Source: Octopus sinensis (Eukaryota). Taken from it: a stretch of DNA of 64,000 nucleotides. Below are positions 27,080 through 41,845 of this stretch, piece by piece. Where the stretch lies: the NCBI RefSeq assembly GCF_006345805.1, contig NC_043021.1, forward strand, positions 27,404,001 to 27,468,000. The letters are read 5' to 3'. Position 1 is the stretch's first letter, and every line of letters begins with the position of its first letter. The notes under the pieces were generated by a model that made no database searches, was not told where the DNA came from, and was given only the letters and a program-made list of their open reading frames with translations. Made by a program: the position numbers and the translations under genes.

Positions 27080-27264
27080 CAGGCCACGTTTTCAGCTCCG
27101 AATCATTGTTGAACTTTTGGAGATCGACCACAAAAGTTATTATTCTGAAAGTGTTATATCCAGAGAGTATGGGAGGTATATGGTAAAACTTCCAAACTGA
27201 GCTCTCGAACATTTTGGTCAAATTAGTGAGGTGGAAGCGAACAATGTCGTATTGGAGAATGCAC
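27080..27264 (-). mobile_element. Inverted duplicate of the mariner C-terminal segment 27605-27804
   Basis: Near-identical reverse complement lacking gtcagtgaggcgtttc; both ORFs share KMFESSVWKFYHIPPILSGYN.FRIITFVVDLQK. Confidence 0.9.
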
Positions 27265-27269
27265 TACTA

Positions 27270-27900
27270 TTTTTGACATCTGTTTCTGTTAGCTTTCAAT
27301 CAAGTTTACAAATCTACCGAAGCTGCTCGAGACATTTGTATTGTGTACGGAGAAGATTCTATTACTGAAAGATCATAGAAATATTCTTCACGCTTCAGGG
27401 AGGAGACATTCGATTCCACAGACTCCTTGCATTTCGCTGACCGGCGCAGTTCAATGGAAACTGATTGAACAATCTCACCCTCGAGGATCCGCGCAAATCC
27501 ATAATGGAATTGGCTCAACAAATGGAATATACCGTCATGATACCGTCGTCAGTCGCCTTCGCTCAATAGGTAAGATTCAAACGATCCGTGTCCGGCGACA
27601 CGGCGTGCTTCTCCAATACGACATTGTTCGCTTCCACCTCACTAATTTGAGCAAAATGTTCGAGAGCTCAGTTTGGAAGTTTTACCATATACCTCCCATA
27701 CTCTCTGGATATAACGCTTTCAGAATAATAACTTTTGTGGTCGATCTCCAAAAGTCAGTGAGGCGTTTCGTTCAACAATGATTCTGAGCTGAAAACGTGG
27801 CCTGATGAATCTTTCAGTCAAGACCCAGTGATTTCTACCATGGAAACATCAACAAACTTGTGCAACGTTAGCAAGAAATCATGAACAGTGAAGGACAATA
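27270..27900 (+). mobile_element. Internally deleted, decayed mariner transposase
   Basis: N-terminal HTH-like TEAARDICIVYGEDSITER, then RRHGVLLQYDIVRFH (HDNARPH-like) and NDSELKTWPDE..FYH..INKLV-like C-terminus. Confidence 0.75.
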
Positions 27901-28243
27901 TTCTGGTTTCAAATTTTGGCTCAAGGCCAGCAATTTCTGAGTAGTTGGGTAAAATCGATTAAATCGATATCAACTGGTACTTATTTTATTGATTCTGAAA
28001 GAATTAACGACAAAGACGATCCCGGCATTATTTGAGCCCAGAACATAAAGACGGACGAAATGCCGTTATGCATTTTACCAGCGTGAAAACGATTCTAACA
28101 GTTCGCTGCCTTAATGACTGAGAATACATTGTTTACTAGCTTAAAAGCCGGATTCCGTGCGGACTTTTAAGCTAGCTCCTTGGGAAGGCTAATTAGGCCT
28201 GAGGCCCAAAACCAAAGAGAGCTAAATAGCATCACTATAATAC

Positions 28244-28667
28244 ATCTATAATGACTATATGCCCCATTGGTGTTTGATCAGAGGTTAAGGACGGGTGAAA
28301 ACTAATTCTGTAACGCAATCATTCTATTGTTCCAGTCACAACTTGATTTCCTACAGTTGACCAATTTGTCCCAAAGTTCTTAACGAAGCGAATGTCCTTT
28401 ATTTCCCACTTGATCTCAGCCGTCATCTGACAAACGCCAACCAAGATGGCGGGAATCCGCCAAGCTTTATCTGCTAGAAATAGCAACACAAATGCTTTTA
28501 AATCAGATCCCAATGTTGGATGGTCAAGATCCAAATGAGGAGCAGATTTTCAATCCTGGGATCATTCTGATTCCGAAAATGTATAATAGGTATATGTAGA
28601 GCAAATGTAGATTGAAATACGGGGGTCCCAAACAGACAGACAGAATTTTGCATTTATTATTATAGAT
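28244..28667. mobile_element. Possible non-autonomous Helentron/DINE-1/pearl-like element
   Basis: 9-bp terminal inverted repeat ATCTATAAT/ATTATAGAT and an (ACAG)3 tract near the right end. No other support. Confidence 0.35.
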
Positions 28668-29199
28668 TAATTTGTTAAAATTTTTGATGAAAAATAAGGA
28701 TTAACAGAAATGCAAAACGTAAAAACAAAACAAACACATTTATCTGACACTTCACTATTTTAATTTCTTCCTGTGCTATATAAACACAAGTTTGTGATTA
28801 CCCACTTGTTGAATAATATATATCTTAGTTTCCCCCTCTGTAGCATAAACAATATATATTTTAGTTTACCCCCGTAGTGCATAAACAGAATATAATATTC
28901 TGAATTGCGATAATAACAAATAGAATGTGTTTAAGTCTACCGAGATCATGACTCTCTCTTCTTGGATGAAATTTCATTCTTCACTCAAATACTGTTCTGC
29001 TTTTCCTAAGGCCATGCACAGTCTAAGTCTTCAAATATAAAGCTTGATTGCCGTATCGTTTTATTAAATTGCATAATAATAATGAAATCTTTCGGCTCGT
29101 CTTATGTTAGTTTCAAAAATGAAGCAGCACGTCACAGCTAGAATATCGTTGATTATACTGGGTTTCGACTTATTTTAGAACATAGTTAAGTCCTTAAAA

Positions 29200-29689
29200 T
29201 AGGATTTGACTACATCTCCATTTAGAGCACAGTTTAAGCTATCTTTTCGTGGAAGAAGGTTTATGTTCCTATAACCTGTGTTACTTCTGTAACCCTTTAA
29301 AATGGAAGATAAGAAAGTTCATTTTAGGCACTTGATGCTTTGGGAACCAGACAAAATTTGCTGCAGCTCGGCTGGGATGTGTTACCTCACCCTCCATATT
29401 CACCAGATGTTGCTCTTTCGGATTTCCGCTTATTCAGGTCTCTGCAGAATAGTGTTAATGGTAAAAATTTCAATTCCTTGGATAACATAAAAAGATACCG
29501 TGATGAATTTTTTGCCATGAAACCACCTCAATTCTGGGAATAGGGTATTTTCAAGTCAAAGGAAAGATGGAGACGCATTGTGCAACAAAATGTTTCATAT
29601 ATTTAGTTCATTAAAAATGTAATGGCAAATATTTATTGACCTTTTTCTTTCCTTTAAAAATCGGCACGAACTTTCCGGACAACCCAATA
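29200..29689 (+). mobile_element. Mariner deletion derivative with 3' TIR
   Basis: MEDKKVHFRHLMLWE is joined directly to LLQLGWDVLPHPPYSPDVALSDFRLFRSLQN; ends cggcacgaactttccggacaacccaa-TA. The 5' TIR was not found. Confidence 0.88.
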
Positions 29690-30482
29690 CTTTTGCCCGA
29701 TTTGAGCTGACCTGGGACTGAACAACAACAACAACGACGATACTAATTGTCTTTAATTTATGCACAAGGTTAGCAATTTTAGGGGGAGTGTGTAAGTCGA
29801 TTACTCCGAATCTGGTGGGCAGGACATAGAAGACCGGAACACATACTCAAAAGTATTTTGAGAAACAAACACACATGTAATGGCGTTGGATTAACCGACA
29901 TGGTTAGAGTCGTGGCAGAAATGCATTGCCGTGTTTACGACACCCCATGTTACGAGGAAAAGTTTCTCCGAAGTCGATAAAATACCAGTAAAATAACAAG
30001 GTTAATAAAATGAGCCACATACAGTCTTATCAAATTTCAGATTTCTGAGCTTATGTCATGACACAATATTATGAAATTAATCTGAATGAAAATTTCGCAA
30101 GTCTTTGAAAGTGTGTGTGTGGGGGGGACTCTTAATATAACTTTTACAGTTACATAATTAATAGTTTTCTCCAAAGAACGATTTGGTATATAATAACAGA
30201 AGTTATCAAAGTATTTTTCTATAGATATACGTATTCTAAATGTAAAAGTCTAGACGTATACAAGATAGAAGTAAAATATCTCAAAACTATAGAAGAAAAA
30301 AAAACTGTCTTTTAGAACAATTCTGTCGCTACAAATTATATTATGACACAAGAGAGTTTAGTTACAAAAGAACGATATTTCCAAGATCATTTCATACATA
30401 CATACATACATACATACATACATACATACATACATACACATCTATATGTATACATGTATGTATGTATATGTGTGTATATATA

Positions 30483-30529
<47 letters not shown>

Positions 30530-30533
30530 ATAT

Positions 30534-30567
<34 letters not shown>

Positions 30568-30619
30568 TGTATATATATAGATATATATATATATATATAT
30601 ATAATATATATACACATAT

Positions 30620-30742
<123 letters not shown>

Positions 30743-31395
30743 GTAGATACTTATATCGATAAACACACATATATACTTAACATTATACCGAGCAATATAG
30801 CTTGGTTAAGTTAAAGAATGCAATGGAATAGATCGTTATGAAACGAAAAGTTCTATGAGTATTTGGTCGTTACAATCAAATTATAAGAACTTTCTCTTCA
30901 CAGCAATTCCATTGTGTAAAGTATAGCAGCATTTTTTTCTCCTTTCATTTTGCCTCGAGTTTAAAAGCGTAAAGACACGCACATTAACACGCAATCACTC
31001 ACTCGCATCCCATACATACAAACATACATACATGCATACACACACACACACACACACGCGAAAATTGTGTGTGATCGATACGATTTTTTCGTATGAAGTC
31101 ACGATGATATTTGCTTGTATTGTTATATACAAATTACACTTATGAACAAAATAAAGTGAACTGAGCACCTTAGGTTGAACAAATTTAATGTATATATTAG
31201 TTCGAGTCACTTTACATAACGTTGCTTATGGTTTCATGCTTGAAGGCGATCTTCAGACAAAGTTTGCTGAGATTGGAGTTTTGTACTAAATACATACGAG
31301 TGCGACTAAAGATTGCGCTTGAGCATGAAATACTAAGCAACTTTAAGTCAAGAGGTTGGAACTAATACAATATATATAAATACATACATACATAT

Positions 31396-31498
<103 letters not shown>

Positions 31499-31536
31499 CA
31501 TATATATATACATGCATATTCATACATACACACACA

Positions 31537-31590
<54 letters not shown>

Positions 31591-31593
31591 ATA

Positions 31594-32190
31594 CAGGCGC
31601 AGCAGTGGCTGTGTGGCAAGAAGCTTGCTTCCCAACTACAGGGTTCCGGGTTCAGTCTCATTGCGTGGAACCTTGGGCAGGTCTCTTCTACGATAGCCTC
31701 GGACCGACCAAAGCCTTGTTAGTGGATATGGTAGATGGAAAAAGAGTAAAGAGTAAAGAGTATATATATAGGCGCAGAAGTGGCTGTGTGGTAAATAGCT
31801 TGCTAACCAACCACATGGTTCCGGGTTCAGTCCCACTGCGTGGCATCTTGGGCAGGTGTCTTCTGCTATAGCCCCGGGCCGACCAATGCCTTGTGAGTGG
31901 ATTATGTAGACGGAAACTGAAAGAAGCCTGTCGTATATATGTATATGTATATATGTGTGTATATGTATGTGTTTGTGTGTCTGTGTTTGTACCCCTAGCA
32001 TTGCTTGACAACCGATGCTGGTGTGTTTACGTCCCTGTCACTTAGTGGTTCGGTAAAAGTGACCGATAGAATAAGTAGTAGGCTTACAAAGAATAAGTCC
32101 TGAGTTCGATTTACTCGACTAAAGGTGGTGCTCCAGCATGGCCGCAGTCAAATGACTGAAACGTGTAAAAGAGTAAAGAGTAAAGAGTAT
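31594..32190 (+). mobile_element. Two adjacent family B SINE copies (one head-only, one near full length)
   Basis: ggcgcag..gtggctgtgtgg heads at ~31594 and ~31770; tail ccagcatggccgcagtcaaatgactgaaac. Confidence 0.85.
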
Positions 32191-33776
32191 ATATATAGAG
32201 AAAAAGGACAAGAATGGAGAAAGACACATCTTTAATAGATGATTACATTATACATCAACGAGGATCGGTTCTATATTCTATATAGAAAAAAGGTGCAAAG
32301 GACCAATCAGTATATCCGAAAATATGAGCTAACACAGTATTATTAAAGCAATCCAAAATGGACGAAATTCAACGTGAATTAAGAAAATATCTCTCTGTAT
32401 AGAAATTATTAATACAAATCTAGAAAAACAACGCAGGATTATTTCATGTCAATATTTAACATTTAGGCCTTCACGTAGTATTTAGCATTTTGCTTAAATT
32501 TAACCATTAATCGAATGTTTATCACCTAACTTCGTTTCGCCAGCGAACATATGTTGAAAGCGGAAGTGTCTCCATGTTTAAGGTTCTTAATGGTTTACAT
32601 GTTTATCTTCCCTTGTGTTTGGCGCCACCAGCTGTTTAATGTTTATGATATTAATCTGCCCCATGGTCACCTCCCGTTCTCTTGTATAAAATTCCTGTTT
32701 TAAAGCGATCTAAATTATAAACATCCTATCTAAACGTCATGTTAATGTATGTTCCAAACACTAATTTCATTATCTTTTATCCTTTATTTTTAATTGCTTC
32801 AGACTGCGGCCATGCTGGAGCACCACCTCGAAAAATTTTAGTCGAACGAATCGACCCCCGCCAGGAGTTATTTAGTATTTTAATCTTGGTACTTACAGTA
32901 TCGGTTTCTTTTACCGAGCTGCTAATTTACTGGGACGTAAACACACCAACACCGGTTATCAAGCGGTGGTGGGGGACAAGCGCACATACATACACACACG
33001 TATACACACACACACACGCGCGCACACAAACACACATATATACGACGGGCTTCTTTTAATTTCCGGCTACCAAATCCACTCACAAGGTTTTGCTCAGCCC
33101 GAGGCTATAGTAGAAAACACCAAAGTGCAACGCAGTGGGAGTGAACCCGGAACCATGTGGCCCAGAAGCAAACTTATTACCATACAACGACACCTGTAAA
33201 TATATTTTACTAAATCCTTTATCTTTTTTTTATTTTTAGTCATTTTGACTGTGGCCATACTGGAGCGCAGCCCTTTAGTCGAAGAAATCGACCCCTGGAC
33301 TTAATCTTTGTAAGCCTGGTACCTATTCTATCAGTCTCCTTTGCCAAACTGTTTAGGTGCGAGGATGCAAACACACCAAGATTTGTTGTCAAGCGTTGAT
33401 GTTGTGACAAACACACAAACATATATATAGTTGAAATTTACAGAAAGACAAAAGATAAAGACAGGTGTGTGAACAACAAGCAGGTGTATTAGTTTGACGC
33501 TCGGGAAAATGAGAAATTATTTTATGTTTCGAGACACGACAGGCTTCTTTCAGTTTCCGTCTACCAAATCCACTCACAAGTATTTGGTCAGACCGAAGCT
33601 ATAGTAGAAGACACCTGCCCAAGGTGCCACGCAGTGGGACTGAACCCAGAACTATGTGTTTGGGAAGCAAGCTTCTTAACACACCTGGCTGTTGCATGCA
33701 GCTCCTATTATTTAATTCGTTTTATTTAATTCTCTTTAATTGCCACAAATAGATTGGCTTCATTAAAGAAACCAAG

Positions 33777-34171
33777 GCGCAGGCGCGGCCGTGTGGTAAG
33801 AAGCTTGCAGAAAGGCGGCGAGCTGGCAGAAACGTTAGCACGCCGGGCGAAATGCTTAGCGGTATTTCGTCTGCCGTTGCGTTGTGAGTTCAAATTCCGC
33901 CGAGGTCGACTTTGCCTTTCATCCTTTCGGGGTCGATAAATTAAGCACCAGTTACGCACTGGGGTCGATGTAATCGACTTAATCCCTTTGTCTGTCCTTG
34001 TTTGTCCTCTCTGTGTTTAGCCCCTTGTGGGCAAAAAAGAAATAAGAAGCTTGCTTCCCAACAACATGGTTCCGGGTTCAGTTCCACAGTGTGGCATCTT
34101 GGGCAAGTGTCTTCTAAAACCTCGGGAGAACCACAGCCTTGTGGGTGGATTTGGTAGACGAAAACTATATT

Positions 34172-34202
<31 letters not shown>

Positions 34203-34420
34203 ATGTTGGAGTCTGTGTTTGCCCCCATCACCGCTTAACAACCGGTGCTGGTTTGTTTACGTTCTCGTTACTTAGTGTTTCGGAAAAGAAACCAAGAGAA
34301 TAAGTACCTGGCTTAATGAAAACAATATAAATCCAGTGATCGATTCGTTCGACTAAAAATTCTTGAAGGCAGAGCCCCAGCATGACCGTAATCAAATGAC
34401 TGAAACAAGTAAAAAATAAA
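33777..34420 (+). mobile_element. Family B SINE interrupted by a family A SINE (33809-34042)
   Basis: A 12-bp direct repeat taagaagcttgc at 33797-33808 and 34043-34054 flanks the inner SINE. Confidence 0.9.
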
Positions 34421-34491
34421 GCAAGTCTTCTGGACCTTGTTTTCGCGAGTCTTATGACTCGTAATTTTACTTCCACATATTCACACGCACG

Positions 34492-34542
<51 letters not shown>

Positions 34543-34550
34543 CACACACA

Positions 34551-34602
<52 letters not shown>

Positions 34603-34921
34603 CAAAGTAAAGTTGTAAGGTACCGCATAAGACAGAAAAATGTCAGAAAGACAGGTCAGTTCCGCTCCAATTTTTTGTAAATTCTTAAACAATTCTGTGT
34701 ATATATATATACTACCAAACAAACATGATTTTTATTGAACTCCTAATACTTTTTGTTGAATACTTTCTTAAATACTTTCTTGTAAACTGCTTTTAACATT
34801 TTCTTATTATTATCAAAGAATGTATTTATGTATTTTAATACTTTTGTGACAACGAGTACTTAACACAACAAAGCTTTGCATTTTACAATATATATTTTTA
34901 AAATTGTATTTTCAAACTTTC

Positions 34922-34977
<56 letters not shown>

Positions 34978-35504
34978 ATATATATTATATAATATATATA
35001 TCTATATGCATATGTTTTACTTGTTTCACTAACTGGACTGCGGCCATGCTGGGGCACTATTGTGGAGTGTAGCTAAACGAATTGGAACTCAAAACTTGCT
35101 TGTTATTCTTCTATATAGCCTATCGGGGACGTAAAGAAGATGTGTGGTGTTAAGGACATACACGGGCATAAAACAAGCAAAAGCGCAGAGATATATCTCT
35201 GACGGGCTTTCGCACAGTTTCCGTGTAAAAAATTCACATATATATATACAACGGACGAGTTTTAGTTTCCGTCTACCAAATTACAAGCCTTTAGTTGGCC
35301 CGAGGCTATAGTAGAAGACACTTGCCCAAGGTACAATGCAATGCGATTGAACCCGTAACCATGTGGTTAGGAAGCAAGTTTCTTACCACACAGCTACACC
35401 TGCGCCTATATATAACATATAGATTATATATAGTATATATTATATATATTTGCATACACACACACACACATATACATACACACACACACACACACACACA
35501 CACC

Positions 35505-35585
<81 letters not shown>

Positions 35586-36050
35586 TGCACACATACACAC
35601 ACAAATACATGTACATGCAATCGCATGTAGAGAAACATCTCACACTTTCTGTGGATTTTCTCCTCCCGCTCTCTTGTTCTCTCTGTCTATCTGTACACAC
35701 ACACACACACGCACACACACACATTGTGTAGTTGTTTGCGTGTTTGCATATGAGCGTGTGTGTGTGTGCACGCGCGCATGTGCGTGTACTTTCTGTTACC
35801 TCCTGCTACCCTCGTAGTATTCCAAGTTAAGATTGTACGTTTTTTATTTATTGACTTCTTTGCTTAATAAAAAAAACCCAAAAACCGATCGATTCAAACA
35901 AAGATTTCTCTAGACACATTGCAATTTTTGTTATCAGTTTTAGTCCTACAGCGTGCATAGACCAACTCTCTAACTCATTCTCTCTCACTTCTTTTCTCCC
36001 TCTCTCTCTCTGTACGCGTGTTTGCGTGTGCGTGAGTGTGTGTGCCTATG

Positions 36051-36088
<38 letters not shown>

Positions 36089-36122
36089 TTATATATATAT
36101 ATATATATATATTATATATCTA

Positions 36123-36163
<41 letters not shown>

Positions 36164-36757
36164 ATATATATATATATGTACATATATATGTATATGTATA
36201 TATGTATATATATATATGTATATATGTATATACGTACGCATGTATATATATATATATGTATATTTATACATAAGCATAAACACATACACACACGCACATA
36301 TATATATATAATTGCTTCCATATACACGCACACGTGTGTATGTAGAGACACGCACAGGTACCACCCCAACACACACACTCATATAGATACGCACTCACTA
36401 TTGCAATATCCAATGAAGATATTCTTCTCAAACCGACTGATATCATATCTGATCGATGTCAACTAATGAAATGATTGTACAGCTATAACTTCACGTAGAA
36501 AAAATATTTAGCAGAGTGAATTATCTTTGAAGTGGTCGTGGCTGGGAATTCTGAGCATAATTACAACTTCAATATTTGTGACAACAACATCAGTTTTCAT
36601 TTCTTTTTTGCCTGTATTTCTGTCTTCTGTAAAGTTCTGCAAGAAACCGTTTATTTCTGTATCGTTATGTTCTTGTTACAATTATTATGTTATTCGTCAA
36701 TTGTTTAGTTTGAGATCAATCCCAATCCTGGGGACCAAATGATTAAACTTATACCCG

Positions 36758-37180
36758 GGATATTTTCGGTTTGAACGACAGTTTTTTCTAGCGGTGTCAT
36801 ATGAAATTGTCACCCATAATTATGACCCTAGTATCGATCTATTGCATTTCAATCTGTTTTAGGGTTAGGGTTAGTTAGGGTTAGGGGTGGGGGAAAGGGA
36901 ATCTTTTTTTCTTCAGAACTGTAAATAAACCCAATCTGTTTCTTAAACGAGGGACATATTCATACGGCACAGAATGTTTTCACCTCAATAGACGTCATTG
37001 ATTGGTTGAAATTGCAGAAATTGAAGAAAAAAACAACAAATATCTTACAAACTATAGAATTTTCTCAATAAAGCCAAGAGAAAAAGTTTTATAAACACAT
37101 TCTACCAGTATACGAAGTTTAAAAGTGTTTAGTTACGTGGAAATTATTTTAAAAAACTGCCGTTCAAACCGAAAAGATCC
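36758..37180. mobile_element. MITE copy 1 (~29-bp TIR GGATCTTTTCGGTTTGAACGGCAGTTTTT, 8-bp TSD)
   Basis: TSD tatacccg/tattcccg; internal ttagggttagggttagttagggttaggggtggggg. Confidence 0.92.
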
Positions 37181-37705
37181 TATTCCCGTATTTGTTAAGG
37201 GCATCTATTTTGAGGGGTACGATTATATCACATAGCTTCTGTCTTCATTGCTGAATGTTCCTATCTAAAGCGCAGACTTGAGCAAGTGTGTTTCTGTCTT
37301 TATTTAATGATAGACTACCAGCTGCGCGCGCATGCAAATCTGTCTTTTGTTTGATTCCAACGTTATCCAGTGTTCGCGGGAAATGCAATAATTAAAATGA
37401 TGTTAGTGTTGAAAAAACTGAATAGTGTGAGCGTTGGAAAAAAAATGTCGCACGTTACTTAACTACGGTATTTTACGTTCTGAGTTCAAATCCCATTGCG
37501 TTCACCTTTTCCATCTCACCCTTCTCACGCTGATAAATTTAAGTGCTGGTTGATGAAGCTCATCACTAGAGTTTTCGCTCACGTTGGCATTAAAGAATCT
37601 AAAACAGAATCCACAAGGCAAACAACGCAAAGTTTACAAAATGCCGGCAATCCATTGGCCCTTATTAGCATCCTGCTTATTTAGAACTCTGTTATTTGGT
37701 ATTTC

Positions 37706-37920
37706 TGTAGATGTGTGCACCTCCGATTTTGTTGCCTCATAACTTACCGAAAAATGAATATTTTTTAATGAAATTTTCTACAAATACGTTGCAGATGGTA
37801 CAGATATATAAACGGAATCTATACCACCTGAGGCGTATCTGTAGAAAATTTCACCAAAAATGTCCATGTTTCGAGAAGTTTTGAGGAAACAAAGTCGGTG
37901 GTGGGGGACACACATGTATA
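37706..37920. mobile_element. Palindromic Tc1/mariner-type MITE (decayed)
   Basis: Outer arms gtgtgcacctccgattttgttgcctcataactt versus aagttttgaggaaacaaagtcggtgg..gacacac; inner arms gaaattttctaca.atacg/cgtatctgtagaaaatttc. Confidence 0.6.
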
Positions 37921-38218
37921 GGAATGTCCATTATTTAATGTATCCTTCTCATTTCTCAGCTGGTAGGACATAGTATGTGGGAGATTAGTCTGCTATTTCT
38001 AATAGATTGAACGTCCAGGTACCCTCATGATATTTTCTATTTGTCATTACGTTTTTCATATCTTGAAATATGATTATCCCCCTTTACCATAGTTTAAGAT
38101 GTTACGTCACTTCCACATGGCTGTTTCGTTCGAACGGACTTTACTGTGATGTTTTAACCCAAGAGGACATCTCCTCAAGCTGGTTAACGATATACAGCAG
38201 CATCCGATATGTTGCAAG

Positions 38219-38277
<59 letters not shown>

Positions 38278-38569
38278 ACCTACCACCTTCTAGCAACGGG
38301 AATAGTAGACCAGCCTCGTTTCGGGCTATTTCTGCCTTTCTCCAGTAATGGACACCTCGTCTGCTATAGAGATATATTCTTTATTATGATCCTATTTACC
38401 GGACATAGAGAGGACAATACAAGACATCACAGACAAAGTGTTCATGGGTTCATAAACGAGTTTTAAAAATATGATGATGTATTTAAATATAATTAAAAAT
38501 ATTAAAACTTTGGCCGTAAAGTCCACCGGATACACCGTACTACTTTACTATGGTTGAGATTAAGCAGGG

Positions 38570-39618
38570 TCATTCACCCCCAACTTTCTTTCTACATCCT
38601 TCCATCTTTCCCCGTATGCACTTCGCGACAGGCGTCTTTTCTCCAGCCCTTTATTGCTTTTCAGATAATATCTGAAGTAGTATAGCAAGCCAAGGGCAGA
38701 GATGAAGGTTCCCTTCGCGACTCCTTTCATTCTAAATGTTCACATGCACTCTTTTAGTACTGCGACTGCGCATAAGAAACATGCCTTACCTTCCTTTGAC
38801 AGTCCAGGTGGCAGCACAATCTCAATCATGGACTCAGCCGACAGCTGTACTCTTCCCAGATGCGTAAATTATGAAACCCGGAAAGCCCAGACACTGAACA
38901 AGGGCGTGAAGAACTATTTCATCGTCCTGCCCGCACCTTGGGCATGCCGGTGGCATAGACATTCCATGCCTAGCAGTTTATCACGAACAGGTAAAGCACT
39001 TCTATAGCACTGCCAGGCCAGGCCAGGGATTTCTACTAGTTATCCAGGTACCCCGGCCCGAAAGTTCTGATCAGGTTGGCTAAGTGGCCCTCATCGAGCC
39101 CCAGAACTTCTCCTAGGACGTCATCCCACTTGAATTTTACCAGCCCGCTATAGAGTATCACGGTGGTACTCCCGCTGCCGGCCTTGCCCGCCTTCTGGAT
39201 TAGCACGAGTGCCTCTCGGCACTCTTTTTGCCATTCAGTCAGGTTACGTCTTTTCATGAAACTGGGTTTAAACTCCTCCAAGGAAGCCCGTCGCTGAGAG
39301 AACGTCTCTGCCAGCGGAACCCACATCTGTTCACCCTCCAGGTAGATCCAGAGATACCTCAACTTTAGCGCATGTCTTCACATCAGCCACGGCATCCCTA
39401 ACCCACCCTTTAGGTTTTTGGCAGCAGAAGGAGCGACTAACAAGCGGTTTTCTTCCTTATCGCAAAAAGCGGAAGAGAAGGCGTTCCAACTTGTTTAGCC
39501 ATGAATCATAGCAAGGAACAACGGTCAGACGGTAGTTGATAACACATGCAATATACACCTGCACCACCTCCGCCCTCTCTTTCAGGGATAACACCCTTCC
39601 AGATCAGGTCCGGGTCAA
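38570..39618 (-). mobile_element. Decayed Tx1/L1-clade ORF2 C-terminal fragment
   Basis: SLKERAEVVQVYIACVINYRLTVVPC, GGLGMPWL, LRYLWIYLEGEQMW, EWQKECREAL, SLAWQCYRSALPVRDKL and CPRCGQDDEIVLHALVQC are all collinear with the ORF2 at 51.3-54.7 kb. Confidence 0.9.
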
Positions 39619-39619
39619 C

Positions 39620-41845
39620 CAGCGATAGAATAAGTACCTCACCTCCTATTGCCCTCTGCTCTCCAACTCCACGTTTAAATACGAACAGATTGTGTCCTCC
39701 ACTATTCGTGAACTCATTTTCTCCTCCCGTCTCTCTCCCACCGCCTCCACTTTCATTGTCCGTATTCCATGCACCTGCACTACTTACATCCTTCCCAAAA
39801 TCCACAAGCCCGACAACCCTGGCCACCCCATCGTCTCCGCCTGCAACCGCTCCACGGAAATAACCTCTAAATACCCCGACCGTGTCCTTGCCCCTAGTGA
39901 CTTCCCTTCCCTCACATCCACGACTCCAGCCATGCCCTCCATCTGTTTAACACTTTCTCCTTCCCTTCTGGCTCCTCTCAACTTCTCTTCGCTCTTGATA
40001 TCAAAAGTTTATATACGGTGAGCCCACACAACGAAGAACTTTTTGTGCTCAAACTCTTTCTAGACCTCCGGCTTGATCCTCAACCTGACACCTCTACACT
40101 TCTTCGTCAGGCTGAACTCGTCCTTTCCTTCACCTAATCTCGGGAGTGGCCATGGGAACGTGAATGGGCACCAACGATGCGAACTGTTCGTTGGCAACTT
40201 TGAGGTCCAAATATTCTCATAGTTCACTGGTCCCACTCCTTAGCTATATGGACATTACATCGATGACTGTATCAGCGCAACCTCACTCCTCCACGAACAA
40301 CTGTTCTCCTTCCTCTCCTTTGTCCAGTCCTTCTATCCTTGCCCTCGAATACTCGTGCACCTTCTTTAACTCTTCCGTCGAAATTTCTCGACATTTATGG
40401 CAACATACACCACTCCACTCTCATCCACAACAAACACACTCACACTCTTATCTTAACTTCTTCTCCTCCTCCCACCCTCCTCCCACCCTACTCACACCAA
40501 GCTCTCCAGCTCCAAATCCCAATTCATTCGTCTGTGCAGGCTCTGCAGTAACGACTCAGTTTCAATTCATGGCTCACCACTTCATCCGACATGGATATCT
40601 CCTCGCCATTATTCCCACTGCCCTTACTCGGGCACGATCTGTGGACCGTGCCTCTGCTCTTTCTCCTCGTACTCGCCTCACCTTTACTCGTTCCCCGTTT
40701 CCTATCACCTACCACCCCTCCATCCTACCCCTCCAACGCATCACTCTCCGAGTTTTACGGCGACTCCAGTCAAACCCCTCCACCTCGTACATCTTCTCTA
40801 ACCTACCCCTTCCATCCTTCAGAAGAGCCAATAACCCACTGTTTCTTCCCTAACTCCGCCACTCAGCCTGGCTCCTTCCCCTGCTCCCACACCTCTCCCT
40901 ACCTCTCCAAAACTACTCTCCTCACAATCACTCATTTCCCTCCCCATCACGTCACCGACACCTTTGCCTGCATCGCTAGTAATGTTATTTACTGCATCTC
41001 CTTCTCTCTTTGTCCTTCCCTGTACATTGGTCGCTGCTTGGTTGACCGGTTCGTGGAGCACCTCCAGGACATCAGACTGGGCAATGGCACCCCGGAATCG
41101 CGCCATTTCCGCTCTACTGGTCATTCGCTACAACATCGGTCTGTGTTCGAACCGTTTCTGCGTAGGCCTCCACCTTCACCGTGAACAGGAATTAAACTTC
41201 TCTATTCGTTCCTTTGCTCCACATGGGCTTAACTCATCTTCACTCTTCATCTGACACCAAACTCACCTATCTTCATTTGGCACCAATTCCACACGGATTC
41301 TCACTCACCTTCCACAATCTCCAACTACACACCCGCATGCCACCCACCTCCATACCCTCACCCACACACACCACTATACACACACCACTATACACACACC
41401 ACTATACACACACCACTATACACACACCACTATACACACACCACTATACACACACCTATACACATCAATTGCCACGCACAACACACACACACCGCACACA
41501 CGTTACACGCGCATAGACTCACACAAACCATTCTCACATACACACGCTTGCGGACTTTCTGTTGTTGGAGTCACCATGAATTATTTCCCTTTCATTCAAC
41601 CTCTCCTTATTATTTTCTCCCTTTCATTCAACTTCCCTTTTGCCAATGGGACCTTTTGCCAATGCTGGACCATTGAACTCAATACATTTTTTTCATTCTC
41701 ACTCAATTTATTTTCTCTTATTCCTTTCTGTCGAAGAGGGTAGGCTCAAAACGTAAAAGACTTTTCCATTTTACCCGAGTGTCAAACTAATACACTTATT
41801 GTTGTTCTTATACCTGTCTTAGTCTTTGTTTTTTTTTATAAATTT

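Noticed and set aside
36860-36895. TTAGGG repeats as a telomere or chromosome-fusion scar
   Set aside because: They lie inside a MITE with TIRs and a TSD and recur in another copy of the same family.
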